Positions 35,607 through 46,882 of a stretch of 64,000 nucleotides of DNA are shown one piece after another (within the stretch, counting starts at the first letter, position 1; every line of letters begins with the position of its first letter). Source of the stretch: Azolla caroliniana (lineage: Eukaryota; Plantae; Polypodiophyta); the NCBI GenBank assembly GCA_043228905.1, contig JBHGNT010000005.1, positions 19,406,001 through 19,470,000 on the forward strand, written 5' to 3'. Both the position numbers and the translations under genes were made by a program. The notes under the pieces are model-generated. The model saw only the letters and a program-made list of their open reading frames with translations, made no database searches and was not told where the DNA came from.

Positions 35607-38600
35607 TGTTAGGAAACAGGTCCCTCCGGATGGGAAGTGAGAAGTACTCGGCAATGGAAGACCCGGTGAGAACTGGATGACAAGTACCCGGCAACGGAAG
35701 ACCCGGTGAGAACCGGATGACATGTGCCCGGCAAGCGCCAGATGATGCAGGCCCGGTGAGGAGTGCTCATCGGATGAAGGGACATATTCGTAAATATGTT
35801 TCTAACAGTCCATCGGGGCTATATTTGTAAATAGCCGGAAAGTCATATTAGTAAAAATATGACTTAGGGCAAACTCTTTTATGACGTTGTTGTCATTCTT
35901 GTTGGCGCAAGATCAGAGCGCGCAACTATGTACATAGAGAGTGAGAGAGAGGAAGAGGTCGTTGCCTCTGTTGTAACCGCCGCCTGTGGCGAAGATAGAA
36001 AGCTCGAGGTCGTTGCTTCGGTGCTTTACAATTTGTACATTCTGACATAGTGATAGTTTGCAGTCTGTGGGCTGCCGTGGTTTTTTCCCTAGTTTGGGTT
36101 TTCCACGTTAACATCCTGTGTTCTCTTCTCTCCATTGTGTCGTGCATTCATTCCCCGTTTTTCTGTGTTTTGATTCTAAGCTCGGTTGTGGCCGAGCGGT
36201 GTTCATCGGAGCGTGTAGTTCCTGTCAAGTGGTATCAGAGTGAAACGACATAGAAAATGGACGAATCGTTGGGCGGCATGTTCAAGCTCACCGACTCCAA
36301 CTATTCAGTGTGGAAGTCGAAGATGAGGGACATGCTCGTGGTTAAAGATCTTTGGTTGCCGGTTCAGTTCGGGGACAAGAGACCAGACAAAATCGACGCC
36401 ACGATATGGGAGGTGATGCACATGAAGACAACGGTGTACATACGGTGCTTCATCGACATGAGCCTATACAACAACTTCAATGAAGAGAGCAAGGCTCATG
36501 AGCTCTGGGAGAAGATCAACATTATGTTTCAAAACAAAAATGCTGTTAATCAGGTTTCGGTATTCCGGAAGCTAGTAAGACTCCGGTACCAAGATGGCTC
36601 CAACATGGCGGAGCACATGAATGCCTTCCAGGGGCTGATCCACCAGGCAACATCATTGGAAGTACCTCTTGCCGATGAGGTACTAGCACTACTCCTGCTC
36701 AGTTCCCTCCCAGATAGTTGGGAGACGTTGGTTGTCACCTTGGGCAACGCCGAGCCGGAAGGGAAACGGTTATCCCTAGCAAGAGTGAAGTCGAGCTTGC
36801 TAGATGAGGAGGTGCGTCGGAAAGATAAGGATACGAGCTCCGACTCCAAAGCGCTCCTTACCGAATCGGAACGCGGAAGACAAAGGAACCGTAGCCCCCA
36901 GAACCGGGAAAAGTCAGGGACACGGTCAAAGTCAAGGGGGAGGCCTACTTGCTTCTATTGCGGCAAGCCGGGACACTTCCAGAAGAACTGTCGGCATTTT
37001 CGAAAAGACAAGGAAACCGACGGTACCGATTTGAAGTGGACACCGGACTGGAACGGTAAAGACCGGAGGGGAACGGACCAAAAGGGACGATGACAATCGC
37101 GGCAAGTGAAGAAGAGTTGATGCTCATCACCGAGGAGAGTGAGATAAAACTTGCCAGCGACAAGATGACCTGGGTGGTCGACTCCGGAGCATGGTTCCAC
37201 CTTACCCCGGACCGGAAATGCTTCTCATCCTACTCAGCCGGTGATCACGGTTGTGTTCGGATGGGGAATGAAGGTACATGCCAAATTGTCGGCATAGGAG
37301 ATGTGTGGTTTACAACACCAACCGGATGCAAGCTGCTACTGAAGGATGTCTGACATGTTCCGGAGGTTCGTTTGAACCTGATATCAGTCGGTCGGCTAGA
37401 TGATGAAGGCTACATGGGTAGCATCCGGAACGATGTTATGAAGTTCAGCAAAGGGAGCCTGATTGTGGCTTGGGCCCGGAAGGTAAACACATTGTACCTG
37501 ATGAATGCCTGGTTATGTCCGGAGGAAGTGAACTCCGAGTCGACCGGTAGGGATCGATTCTACGATGAGCAGACCCAACCAACAAGAGGCCGGTTAGCAC
37601 TCGAGGAACCAACCGGTTACGGTGAGGATACCGAACCGACAGAAGAAGAAGTAGAGGAAGCTGAAACCGGAACTGGCCAAGACCCCGAATCGGATTAGGA
37701 TGAAGGGCAAATGGAGGAGCCGGTTACCGAAGCCCAAAGACGAAGATATCCTCTCAGAGAGAGAAGGGCCTCCCGGAGATTTCCGGATGTAGAGCATGTG
37801 CTGCTGACCGATGAGGGGGAGCCCGAAAGCTTCGAGGAAGCTAAAAGTGACGCCCATACCCGCAAATGGTTAAGTACCATGCAGGATGAGATGGATTCCC
37901 TGCATGAGAACCATACGTATGAATTGGTGGAGTTGCCGAAAGGAAAGCGGGCACTCCGAAACAAGTGGGTGTACAAGATGAAACCGAGAGATGCCGGCAA
38001 CCCCCCGAGATACAAAGCCAGGATCGTGGTGAAGGGGTTCCAGCAGAAGAAGGGCGTGGACTTCGACGAGATATTTGCCCCGGTAATAAAGATGACCTCC
38101 ATCCGGATGGTGCTGAGTATAGCGGCAAGCATGGATCTCGAGGTAGAGCAGCTGGACGTGAAGACGACATTCCTTCACGGTGACCTCGAAGAGGAGATCT
38201 ACATGCAACAACCCGAAGGATTCGTGGAGAAAAGGAAGGAACACCTGGTATGCCAGTTGAAGAAGAGTTTGTACGGACTGAAGCAGGCTCCCCGACAATG
38301 GTACCGGAAGTTCGACTCCTTCATGACCGATCAAGGGTACCACAAGACACAGGCTGATCATGTGTGTTTGTGAAGAAGTTTGAAGGAGGCGACTTCCTGA
38401 TACTCCTTCTGTACGTGCACGACATGTTGATCGTCAAACGGGACCAAGCCAAAATACGGATGCTGAAGAAGGCTGTCAACCGAACCTTCGTGATGAAAGA
38501 CTTGGGTCCGGCAAGATAGATGCTGGGGATGCATATCATCCGGAACCGACCAACGAAGCAACCGTGGCTGTCACAGGAGAAATACGTGACAAAGGTGCTT

Positions 38601-40123
38601 CAACGGTTCAACATGTCAGATGCGAAACCGGTCGGATCGACACTTCCAGCAAACTGTAGGTTATCCGGTAAGCAAAGCCCGAAGACGAAAGCAGAGAAGG
38701 CGGATATGATGAAGGTTCCATATGCCTCTGCCGTCGGGAGCTTAATGTACGCAATGGTGTGTACCCGACCGGATATAGGATACGCAGTCGGAGTGGTGAG
38801 CCGGTTTATGAGCAATTCCGGCAAGGAGCACTGGAATGTGGTCAAATGGATACTCCGGTACTTGAAGGGCACTTCGAACATGTGTCTCCGATTCGGCTCC
38901 GGTAAACCTCAACTTGACGGTTTTACCGATTCGGACATGTCGGCTGATGTGGATACCAGTCGGTCTACATCCGGGTATGTAATGACATATGCAGGGGGAG
39001 CTGTTTCGTGGCAATCGATGCTGCAGAAGACGGTTGCGTTGTCAACCACAGAGGCGGAGTACATGGTGCCTTTGGAAGCCGGCAAGGAAAATTATGGATG
39101 AAGGACTTGATCGGAGAGCTCGGTATCCGGCAAGATGAATACCGGCTCTATTGCGACAGTCAAAGTGCCATCCACCTTGCTAAGAATGCGGCCTACCATT
39201 CCCGGACGAAGCATATCCAGCGAAGGTATCACTGGATCCGGGAAAGAGTAGATGACCGGGAGTTTGCGCTGACGAAGATCGACACGGCTGAGAACGGGTC
39301 AGATATGCTGACCAAAGTACTGATACCTGACAAGCTAGATGCATGCCGGAAGCAGATCGGACTACTAAGACATCCCATGCCGGAGTGAAGGGGGAGTTTG
39401 TTAGGAAACAGGTCCCTTCGGATGGGACGTGAGGAGTACCCGGCAACGGAAGACTCGGTGAGAACCGGATGACATGTGCCCGACAAGCGCCGAATGATGC
39501 AGGCTCGGTGAGGAGTGCTCACCAGATGAATGATGCAGGCCCGGTGAGGAGTGCTCATCGGATGAATGATGCAGGCCCGGTGAGGAGTGCTCATCGGATG
39601 AATGATGCAAGCCCGGTGAGGAGTGCTCACCGGATGAATGATGCAGGCCCGGTGAGGAGTGCTCACCGGATGAAGGGACATATTCGTAAATATGTTTCTG
39701 AGAGTCCATCGGGGCTATATTTGTAAATAGTCGGAAAGTCATATTAGTATAAATATGACTTAGGGCAAACTCTTTTATGACGTTGTTGTCATTCTTGTTG
39801 GCGCAAGATCAGAGCGCGCAACTGTGTACAGAGAGAGTGTGAGAGAGGAAGAGGTCGTTGACTCTGTTGTAACCGCCGCCTGTGGCGAAGATAGAAAGCT
39901 CGAGGTCGTTGCTTCGGTGCTTTACAATTTGTACATTCTGACATAGTGATAGTTTGCAGTCTGTGGGCTGCCATGGTTTTTTCCCTAGTTTGGGTTTTCC
40001 ACGTTAACATCCCGTGTTCTCTTCTCTCCATTGTGTCGTGCATTCATTCCCCGTTTTTCTGTGTTTTGATTCTAAGTTTGGTTGTGGCCGAGCGGTGTTC
40101 ATCGGAGCGTGTAGTTCCTGTCA
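35607..40123 (+). mobile_element. Tork/Tnt1-like copia D; LTRs 35607-36227 and 39399-40123; TSD GCATG; integrase deleted
   Basis: TSD gcatg at 35602-35606 and 40124-40128, PBS at 36230, PPT gaagggggag. Gag 36257-37093, protease, RT and RNase H carry stops. Confidence 0.95.
39494..39673 (+). repeat. 36-bp tandem repeat x5 in U3 of D 3' LTR
   Basis: atgatgcaggcccggtgaggagtgctca(t/c)cggatga x5. Confidence 0.95.
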
Positions 40124-40226
40124 GCATGATCCAAGGAAAGATCATATGGATGCACTGTACTAGATTTTGAGATATGTCAAAGGTGCCCCGGGAAATGAAT
40201 TGATCTTTAGAAAACATGGTCATTTT

Positions 40227-43200
40227 TGTCGTACCCCGCGCTCGGCCACAACCGAGCAATAGGATCAAATCACAGAAAAACAGGAAATACGAAATGCTCC
40301 AAGACTACAGAGAGAAGAGTACACAGGATATTTTACGTGGAAAACCCTAAATGGGAAAAACCACGGGAGTCCTCAAACTCCAACTCACACTATACACAGA
40401 GATGTACAATGGTGAAGCTTCAAGGCAACAACCTTGAGCTCACTGTCTTCGCCACAGGCGGCGGCAATACACAGAGGCGTCGACCTCTTCCTTTCTCTCT
40501 CTCTCTCTCTCTCGGCTGCTCTCACTCCACTCTCTCGGCTAGAGCATAAAAATGAGCAACAACATAAACTGTTTGCCCTAAGTCATATTTATACACATAT
40601 GACTTTTCGGGCTATTTACAAATATAGCCTCAAGGGCTCTTGGCAAACATATTCACAAATATGTCCCCGCATCCGGATCTCCCTCCGGGTACATTCGTCA
40701 TCCGGCTCCGTAACCGGGGTCTTCATCATCCGGAGCCGTATCCGGGTACTCTTCATCCGGCTTCATGCCGGGTACTCTTCATCCGGCTTCATGCCGGGTA
40801 CTCTTCATCCGGCTTCATGCCGGGTACTCTTCATCATCCGGTTCCGTATCCGGGTACTCTTCATCATCCGGTTCCGTAACAGCCTCCGGGCTTGCCGTCA
40901 TTCATCTCCGGACATCCCATCCGGAGGGACCGAAATCCCAACAAACTCCCCCTTCACTTCGGCATGGGATGTCTCTCCAACCCGATCCTCTCCCGGCATG
41001 CTTCCAGCTTGTCGGGTGTGAGCACCTTGGTCAACATATCCGACCCGTTCTCGTCCGTGTGGATCTTCGTCAGCACGAACTCCTTGTCTTCTATCCTCTC
41101 TCGGATCCAGTGGTATCTACGCTGGATGTGTTTCGTCCGGGAATGGTAGGCCGCGTTCTTCGCAAGGTGGATGGCACTCTGACTGTCGCAGTAGAGTCGG
41201 TACTCCTCCTGCCGGATACCGAGCTCTCTAATGAAGTCCTTCATCCATATTATTTCCTTGCCGGCTTCAACAGCCGCCATGTACTCCGCCTCCGTGGTTG
41301 ACAACGCAACCGTCTTCTGCAGCCTCGACTGCCACGAAACAGCTCCCCCTGCATACGTCATCACATACCCTGATGTGGACCGGCTGGTATCTGCATCAGC
41401 CGACATATCCGAATCGGTAAAGCCGTCGAGTTCGGGCTTACCGGAGCCGAATCGGAGGCACACGTTTGCCGTGCCCTTCAGGTATCGGAGTATCCACTTG
41501 ACCGCGTTCCAGTGCTCTTTGCCGGGATTGCTCATGTACCGGCTCACCACTCCAACTGCATATCCTATGTCCGGTCTTGTACACACCATTGCGTACATCA
41601 AGCTTCCGATGGCAGAGGCATATGGTACTTTCATTATGTCCTCTTTCTCAGCCTTTGTCTTGGGGCTTTGCTTGCTGGACAACTTGCAATTTGCCGGGAG
41701 GGTTGACCCGACCGGTCTTGCTTCCGACATGTTGAACCGGTGAAGCACCTTTGTCACGTACTTCTCCTGTGACAGCCACAACTGCTTCTTCTTCCGGTCC
41801 TGGATGATGTGCATCCCTAGTATTTGCCTCGCCGGACCCAGGTCCTTCATTGAGAAGGTTCGGTGAAGAGCCTTCTTCAGCATCCGTATCTTGACCTGGT
41901 CCCGTCCGACGATCAACATGTCGTCCACGTACAGGAGGAGTATCAGAGAGTCTCCTCCTTCGAACTTCTTCACAAACACGCAGTGATCAGACTGCGTTTT
42001 GTGGTACCCTTCGTCGGTCATGAAGGAGTCGAACTTCCGGTACCATTGCCGGGGAGCCTGCTTCAGTCCGTAAAGGCTCTTCTTCAACCGGCATACCAGG
42101 TGCTCCTTCCCTTTCTTCTCGAATCCTTCCGATTGCTGCATGTAGATCTCTTCTTCGAGGTCACCGTGAAGGAATGCCGTCTTCACGTCCAACTGTTCAA
42201 CCTCGAGGTCCATGCTTGCCGCTATGCTCAGCACCGTCCGGATGGAGGTCATCTTCACTACCGGCGCAAATATCTCGTCGAAGTCGACGCCCTTCTTCTG
42301 CTGGAACCCCTTCACTACGATCCTGGCTTTGTATCTCGGGGGGTTTCCGGCATCTCCCGGTTTCAGCTTGAACACCCACTTGTTTTGAAGTGCCCGCTTA
42401 CCTTTCGGCAACTCCACAAGTTCATATGTGTGGTTCTCATGCAGGGAATCCATCTCGTCCTGCATGGCACTTAACCACCTGCGGCTATGGTTGTCAAGCT
42501 TCGCTTCTTCAAAGCTCTCCGGCTCCCCCTCGTCGGTTAGCAGCACGTGCTCTGGTTCCGGAAATCTCCGGGGGGCCCTTCTCTCCCTTAGCGGATATCT
42601 CCGTTCCGGGGCTTCGGTGACCGGTTCTTCCGATTCTTCTTCATCCGAATCCATTTCGGGATCGGGGCCGGTTCCGGTATCATTTTCATCTTCTTCGGCC
42701 GGTTCTATTTCTTCACCGTCTTCGGCCGGATCCTCGAGTGTTAACCGGTCCCTTGCCGGTCGGGACTGCTCCTCGTAGAGTTGATCCTCACCGGTCGACT
42801 TTGAGCTCTTCATCTTCTTCTCCGACTCCAAGTCGGCGAGTGTCTTGTCCTCCATGAAGATGATGTCTCGACTCCTGAATATCTTCTTGTCGACCGGGTC
42901 CCATACTCGGTAGCCGAACTCGTCGTCGCCGTAACCGAGGAATATGCATGGCCGGGTCTTTGGATCTAGCTTTCCTCTCCGGTCCTTTGCCACATGCACG
43001 TAAACGAGACACCCGAACACCTTCAGGTGCCGGTAGGACACTTCCTTACCGGTCCACACTCTCTGCGGCGTGTCTCCGTCCAAAGGTACTGAGGGTGATC
43101 TGTTTATCACATATGTCGCCGTCGACATTGCCTCAGCCCAAAACTCCTTGGGTAATTTCGCATGCGCCAGCATACTCCGGACCCTCTCCATTATGGTCCG

Positions 43201-45748
43201 GTTCATCCTCTCGGCCAGCCCGTTCAGTTCCGGCGTCTTCGGCACAGTAAACTCGAGCCGGATTCCCTTCGAGCGACAGTACTCTGCGAACTGCCCCCGG
43301 TATTCCCCTCCGTTATCCGCTCGTATCGCTTTCAGCTTCTTGCCGGATTCTCTTTCCACTCTCGCGTGGAGTTCTTTGAAGACGGACAATACTTGGTCCT
43401 TTGTCTTCAGCGGTGCCGTCCACAGCTTCCGGCTGTGGTCATCTATGAATGTTACGAAGTACTGGGCTCCGCCATGTGACTTCGTTTCTACCTGACACAC
43501 ATCAGTGTGCACCAACTCCAATGGTGCACTACGTCTCGTCGGTGGCCTTGAGTGGAAGGAGGTTCGGTTCTGTTTACCGGCCAGGCAATCGGTGCAGTTC
43601 TCCAGGTGCACATGCTTCACTGGAATGAGGTTGTCTTCTGCAAGCCTCTTCATCCCCTTCTCACTCATGTGGCACAGTCTTTTGTGCCACAGCTCACCGG
43701 CAGTGTCGGCTGCCACGTTCAGCTCTTCCGGACATAGCCGGGAATTCATCAGGTACAGCGTGTTGATCTTCCGGGCCCGAGCCACTATCAGGCTCCCTTT
43801 ACTGAACTTCATGACACCGTTCCGGATGCTACCCGTGTAGCCTTCATCGTCTAGCCTCCCGGCCGAAATCAGGTTCAATCGAACCTCCGGAACGTGTCGC
43901 ACATCCTTCAGCAGCATCTTGCATCCGGTTGATGTCATCAGCCACACGTCTCCTATGCCGGCAATCCGGCATGTGCCTTCATTTCCCATCCGGACACAGC
44001 CATGCTCACCGGCTGTGTAGGATGAGAAGTATCTTCTCTCCGGGGTCAGGTGGAACGATGCTCCGGAATCGACCACCCAGGTCATCTCTTCATCGGCAAG
44101 GTTCAGCTCCCTTTCTTCGGTAATGAGCATTATCTCTTCTTCACTTGCCGCGAGTGCCGTCGTTCCTTTCCGGTCCTGCCCTCGCCGATCCGGACCTCTC
44201 CGGTCCGTGGCTCCCCGGTATGCACCGTTTCTCTCCGGTGACTTCTTCGAATCGGTGTCGTCGGCTCCGTTGTCTTTTCGGTAATGCCGACAATTTTTCC
44301 GGAAGTGCCCCGGCTTCCCACAGTGGAAGCATGTGGGTCTTCCTCTTGACTGCGACCGGGTCCCCGACTTCTCCCGTCTTTGCGGACTCCGGTTCCATTG
44401 TCTTCCCCGTTCCGATTCGGTAAGCAGCGCCTTCGAGTCGGAGGCCGGTTCTTTATCTCTCCGACGCGCTTCTTCGTTCAAAATACTTGTCTTTACCGTC
44501 TGTAGAGACAAGTTATCTTCGGTGCAGGAGGTGCTGAGAGTCACCACCAAGTTCTCCCAGCTTTCCGGCAATGTACACATCAGGATGATGGCTTGCATTG
44601 CATCCTCCAACGGGAACTTGATCGCCGCAAGCTGGTTCACGAATCCCATGAACGTGCTTACGTGTTCCACCATACTCTCGCCGTCGCGGTACTTGAGGTT
44701 CACTATTTTCCTCATCAGGGAGGTCCGGTTCAATGCATTCTTCCTCTCGTAGAGGCCCGACAGCTTCCGCCACATCTCGTATGCGTTGGTGTCGTTCGCC
44801 ACATGTTGTAGAACGCTCACATCGACGTATTGCCGAATGGTTGCAACGGCTTTCCGGTTCAGAAGCCTCCATTCCGTCTCAAGTACCCCCTTCGGTATTT
44901 CCGACCTGTCAATCGGTTCGTACAGGTCCCGAACAATCAAAAGATCCTCCATCTTGATCTTCCAGTCGGCGTAGTTCTGCGCATTCAGCACCATCATTCC
45001 CGGCTGCCCGCTGCTGCCGCCTTCCATTTTCTGTGTTACCGTGCTCTGATACCACTTTGTCGTACCCCGCGCTCGGCCACAACCGAGCAATAGGATCAAA
45101 TCACAGAAAAACAGGAAATACGAAATGCTCCAAGACTACAGAGAGAAGAGTACACAGGATATTTTACGTGGAAAACCCTAAATGGGAAAAACCACGGGAG
45201 TCCTCAAACTCCAACTCACACTATACACAGAGATGTACAATGGTGAAGCTTCAAGGCAACAACCTTGAGCTCACTGTCTTCGCCACAGGCGGCGGCAATA
45301 CACAGAGGCGTCGACCTCTTCCTTTCTCTCTCTCTCTCTCTCTCGGCTGCTCTCACTCCACTCTCTCGGCTAGAGCATAAAAATGAGCAACAACATAAAC
45401 TGTTTGCCCTAAGTCATATTTATACACATATGACTTTTCGGGCTATTTACAAATATAGCCTCAAGGGCTCTTGGCAAACATATTCACAAATATGTCCCCG
45501 CATCCGGATCTCCCTCCGGGTACATTCGTCATCCGGCTCCGTAACCGGGGTCTTCATCATCCGGAGCCGTATCCGGGTACTCTTCATCCGGCTTCATGCC
45601 GGGTACTCTTCATCCGGCTTCATGCCGGGTACTCTTCATCATCCGGTTCCGTATCCGGGTACTCTTCATCATCCGGTTCCGTAACAGCCTCCGGGCTTGC
45701 CGTCATTCATCTCCGGACATCCCATCCGGAGGGACCGAAATCCCAACA
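40227..45748 (-). mobile_element. Intact Tork/Tnt1-like copia E; 5' LTR 45058-45748, 3' LTR 40227-40943; TSD ATTTT
   Basis: TSD atttt at 40222-40226 and 45749-45753, PBS at 45043-45054, PPT at ~40946-40956. LTRs are identical by eye except for one 26-bp repeat unit. Confidence 0.98.
40954..45027 (-). CDS. Gag-Pol polyprotein (1357 aa), intact
   Basis: Single open ORF from ATG 45027 with CFHCGKPGHFRKNC, WVVDSGAS, HTDV/ADNGGEY/NGLAERMN, YVDD and SDMLTK. Confidence 0.96.
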   Translation of the reverse strand: MEGGSSGQPGMMVLNAQNYADWKIKMEDLLIVRDLYEPIDRSEIPKGVLETEWRLLNRKAVATIRQYVDVSVLQHVANDTNAYEMWRKLSGLYERKNALNRTSLMRKIVNLKYRDGESMVEHVSTFMGFVNQLAAIKFPLEDAMQAIILMCTLPESWENLVVTLSTSCTEDNLSLQTVKTSILNEEARRRDKEPASDSKALLTESERGRQWNRSPQRREKSGTRSQSRGRPTCFHCGKPGHFRKNCRHYRKDNGADDTDSKKSPERNGAYRGATDRRGPDRRGQDRKGTTALAASEEEIMLITEERELNLADEEMTWVVDSGASFHLTPERRYFSSYTAGEHGCVRMGNEGTCRIAGIGDVWLMTSTGCKMLLKDVRHVPEVRLNLISAGRLDDEGYTGSIRNGVMKFSKGSLIVARARKINTLYLMNSRLCPEELNVAADTAGELWHKRLCHMSEKGMKRLAEDNLIPVKHVHLENCTDCLAGKQNRTSFHSRPPTRRSAPLELVHTDVCQVETKSHGGAQYFVTFIDDHSRKLWTAPLKTKDQVLSVFKELHARVERESGKKLKAIRADNGGEYRGQFAEYCRSKGIRLEFTVPKTPELNGLAERMNRTIMERVRSMLAHAKLPKEFWAEAMSTATYVINRSPSVPLDGDTPQRVWTGKEVSYRHLKVFGCLVYVHVAKDRRGKLDPKTRPCIFLGYGDDEFGYRVWDPVDKKIFRSRDIIFMEDKTLADLESEKKMKSSKSTGEDQLYEEQSRPARDRLTLEDPAEDGEEIEPAEEDENDTGTGPDPEMDSDEEESEEPVTEAPERRYPLRERRAPRRFPEPEHVLLTDEGEPESFEEAKLDNHSRRWLSAMQDEMDSLHENHTYELVELPKGKRALQNKWVFKLKPGDAGNPPRYKARIVVKGFQQKKGVDFDEIFAPVVKMTSIRTVLSIAASMDLEVEQLDVKTAFLHGDLEEEIYMQQSEGFEKKGKEHLVCRLKKSLYGLKQAPRQWYRKFDSFMTDEGYHKTQSDHCVFVKKFEGGDSLILLLYVDDMLIVGRDQVKIRMLKKALHRTFSMKDLGPARQILGMHIIQDRKKKQLWLSQEKYVTKVLHRFNMSEARPVGSTLPANCKLSSKQSPKTKAEKEDIMKVPYASAIGSLMYAMVCTRPDIGYAVGVVSRYMSNPGKEHWNAVKWILRYLKGTANVCLRFGSGKPELDGFTDSDMSADADTSRSTSGYVMTYAGGAVSWQSRLQKTVALSTTEAEYMAAVEAGKEIIWMKDFIRELGIRQEEYRLYCDSQSAIHLAKNAAYHSRTKHIQRRYHWIRERIEDKEFVLTKIHTDENGSDMLTKVLTPDKLEACRERIGLERHPMPK

Positions 45749-45921
45749 ATTTTAACATTGAGGGCTATTGTGATTCTGATTAGACTAGTTGTGCTCATGA
45801 TAGGGAATCCACATTAGGATACTACATGTTTGTTGGAGGCAATCTGGTCTCTTGGGAGTAAGAAACAGTCAGTGGTAGCAAGGTCAACAACAGAAGTAGA
45901 GTATAGAGCTATTGCCATAGG

Positions 45922-46386
45922 TGTTACGGGCATGACCATATAATATCCCGTGGTGAGAATTGTCGTAGTATTCTATACACGTGGATAAGTGTGAGGGTTA
46001 AACAAAGAGTCTAAAGAAGGGGAGGATTACTTTTAATCCTCGGGATTGAGACAACCCATGAGGCCAAGTGTGAACATGGCTGGGGGCCTTGAGAATTACT
46101 ATAAATAAGAGGCCTAGCTACCCTCATTTCATCATGCATTGACTACGTCGAGACTCTGTCCGTGAGTGGAACGACTCTTGTAGCAAGCACGCTATCATCC
46201 AGGTACAACTCGACGCCAAGGCGGTGGTATGGGACGCCGATCGAGGCTCGAGTCCGTCTCGATCCCTTCGCTCGGGGGTGGTCGGGTGGATCGGCACCCT
46301 TCTTTCTCTCTTTTCTCTCTATTCTTTCTAGATCTATCATTGATATATCCTTATTTTATGCTTACTTTAGTACCTAATCTCTAATA
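45922..46386 (+). mobile_element. Solo LTR with TG...TA termini, TSD ATAGG
   Basis: atagg at 45917-45921 and 46387-46391. Removal restores RNase H frame IAIGVAEM. Homologous to 6634-7088. Confidence 0.93.
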
Positions 46387-46882
46387 ATAGGAGTTGCGGA
46401 GATGTGGCTGAGAACTCTCCTAGTAGAACTAAAGATGAATCAAGAAAATCAGATGAGGTTGTGGTGTGATAATAAGTCAACAATCATCATTGCCTACAAT
46501 TCGACACATCGAAATCGACAGATTCTTTATCAAGGAGAAGCTTGATAGTGGGATATTAAAATTGAGTCATGTTTCTACTGAAGATCAAGTAGCAAATTGT
46601 CTTACAAAGGGACGTGGGCCAGTAAGTCTTTCTAGATTGTGTGACAAGATGGGCTTAGTGGATATCTTTCGCTCATCTTGAGGCGGAGTGTCGAGAATGA
46701 TTAAAGTTATAGCCAAAACAGTTAGCCAACCCCAACATCTAGTTATCCCAACGACTAGATCTTGGCCTTTAAGAGGAACCTTCTCCTCATGTAAACAATG
46801 ATCTCTATGTTTTTTCTCTCTCTTCTGTTGTGACATATATGTATATTCTTGGGAATAAAGGTGTTTTTCTCATTTTTCAAAA

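Larger units (their letters stand above)
31718..46882 (+). mobile_element. Old Ale-like Ty1/copia C (partial 5' LTR 31718-31844, 3' LTR 46689-46882), host of four nested insertions
   Basis: PBS tggtatcagggc at 31845, protease WIIDSSAS, integrase SDNGTEY, RT YVDD, RNase H IDRFFIKEKLDSG, PPT gaggcggag and matching LTR sequences. Confidence 0.9.

Noticed and set aside
39494-39673. 36-bp repeats x5 resembling a CRISPR array
   Set aside because: Repeats are contiguous with no spacers, lie in an LTR U3, and there are no cas genes in this eukaryotic context.
39229-39742. Repetitive peptide ORFs in LTRs (STPHRACIIHP, HSSGEHSSPGL)
   Set aside because: They are translations of 36-bp tandem repeats and the array is absent from the partner LTR.
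40954-45099. 1381-aa ORF start at 45099
   Set aside because: The first 24 codons lie in the LTR and PBS with a non-ATG start; the likely start is ATG 45027.
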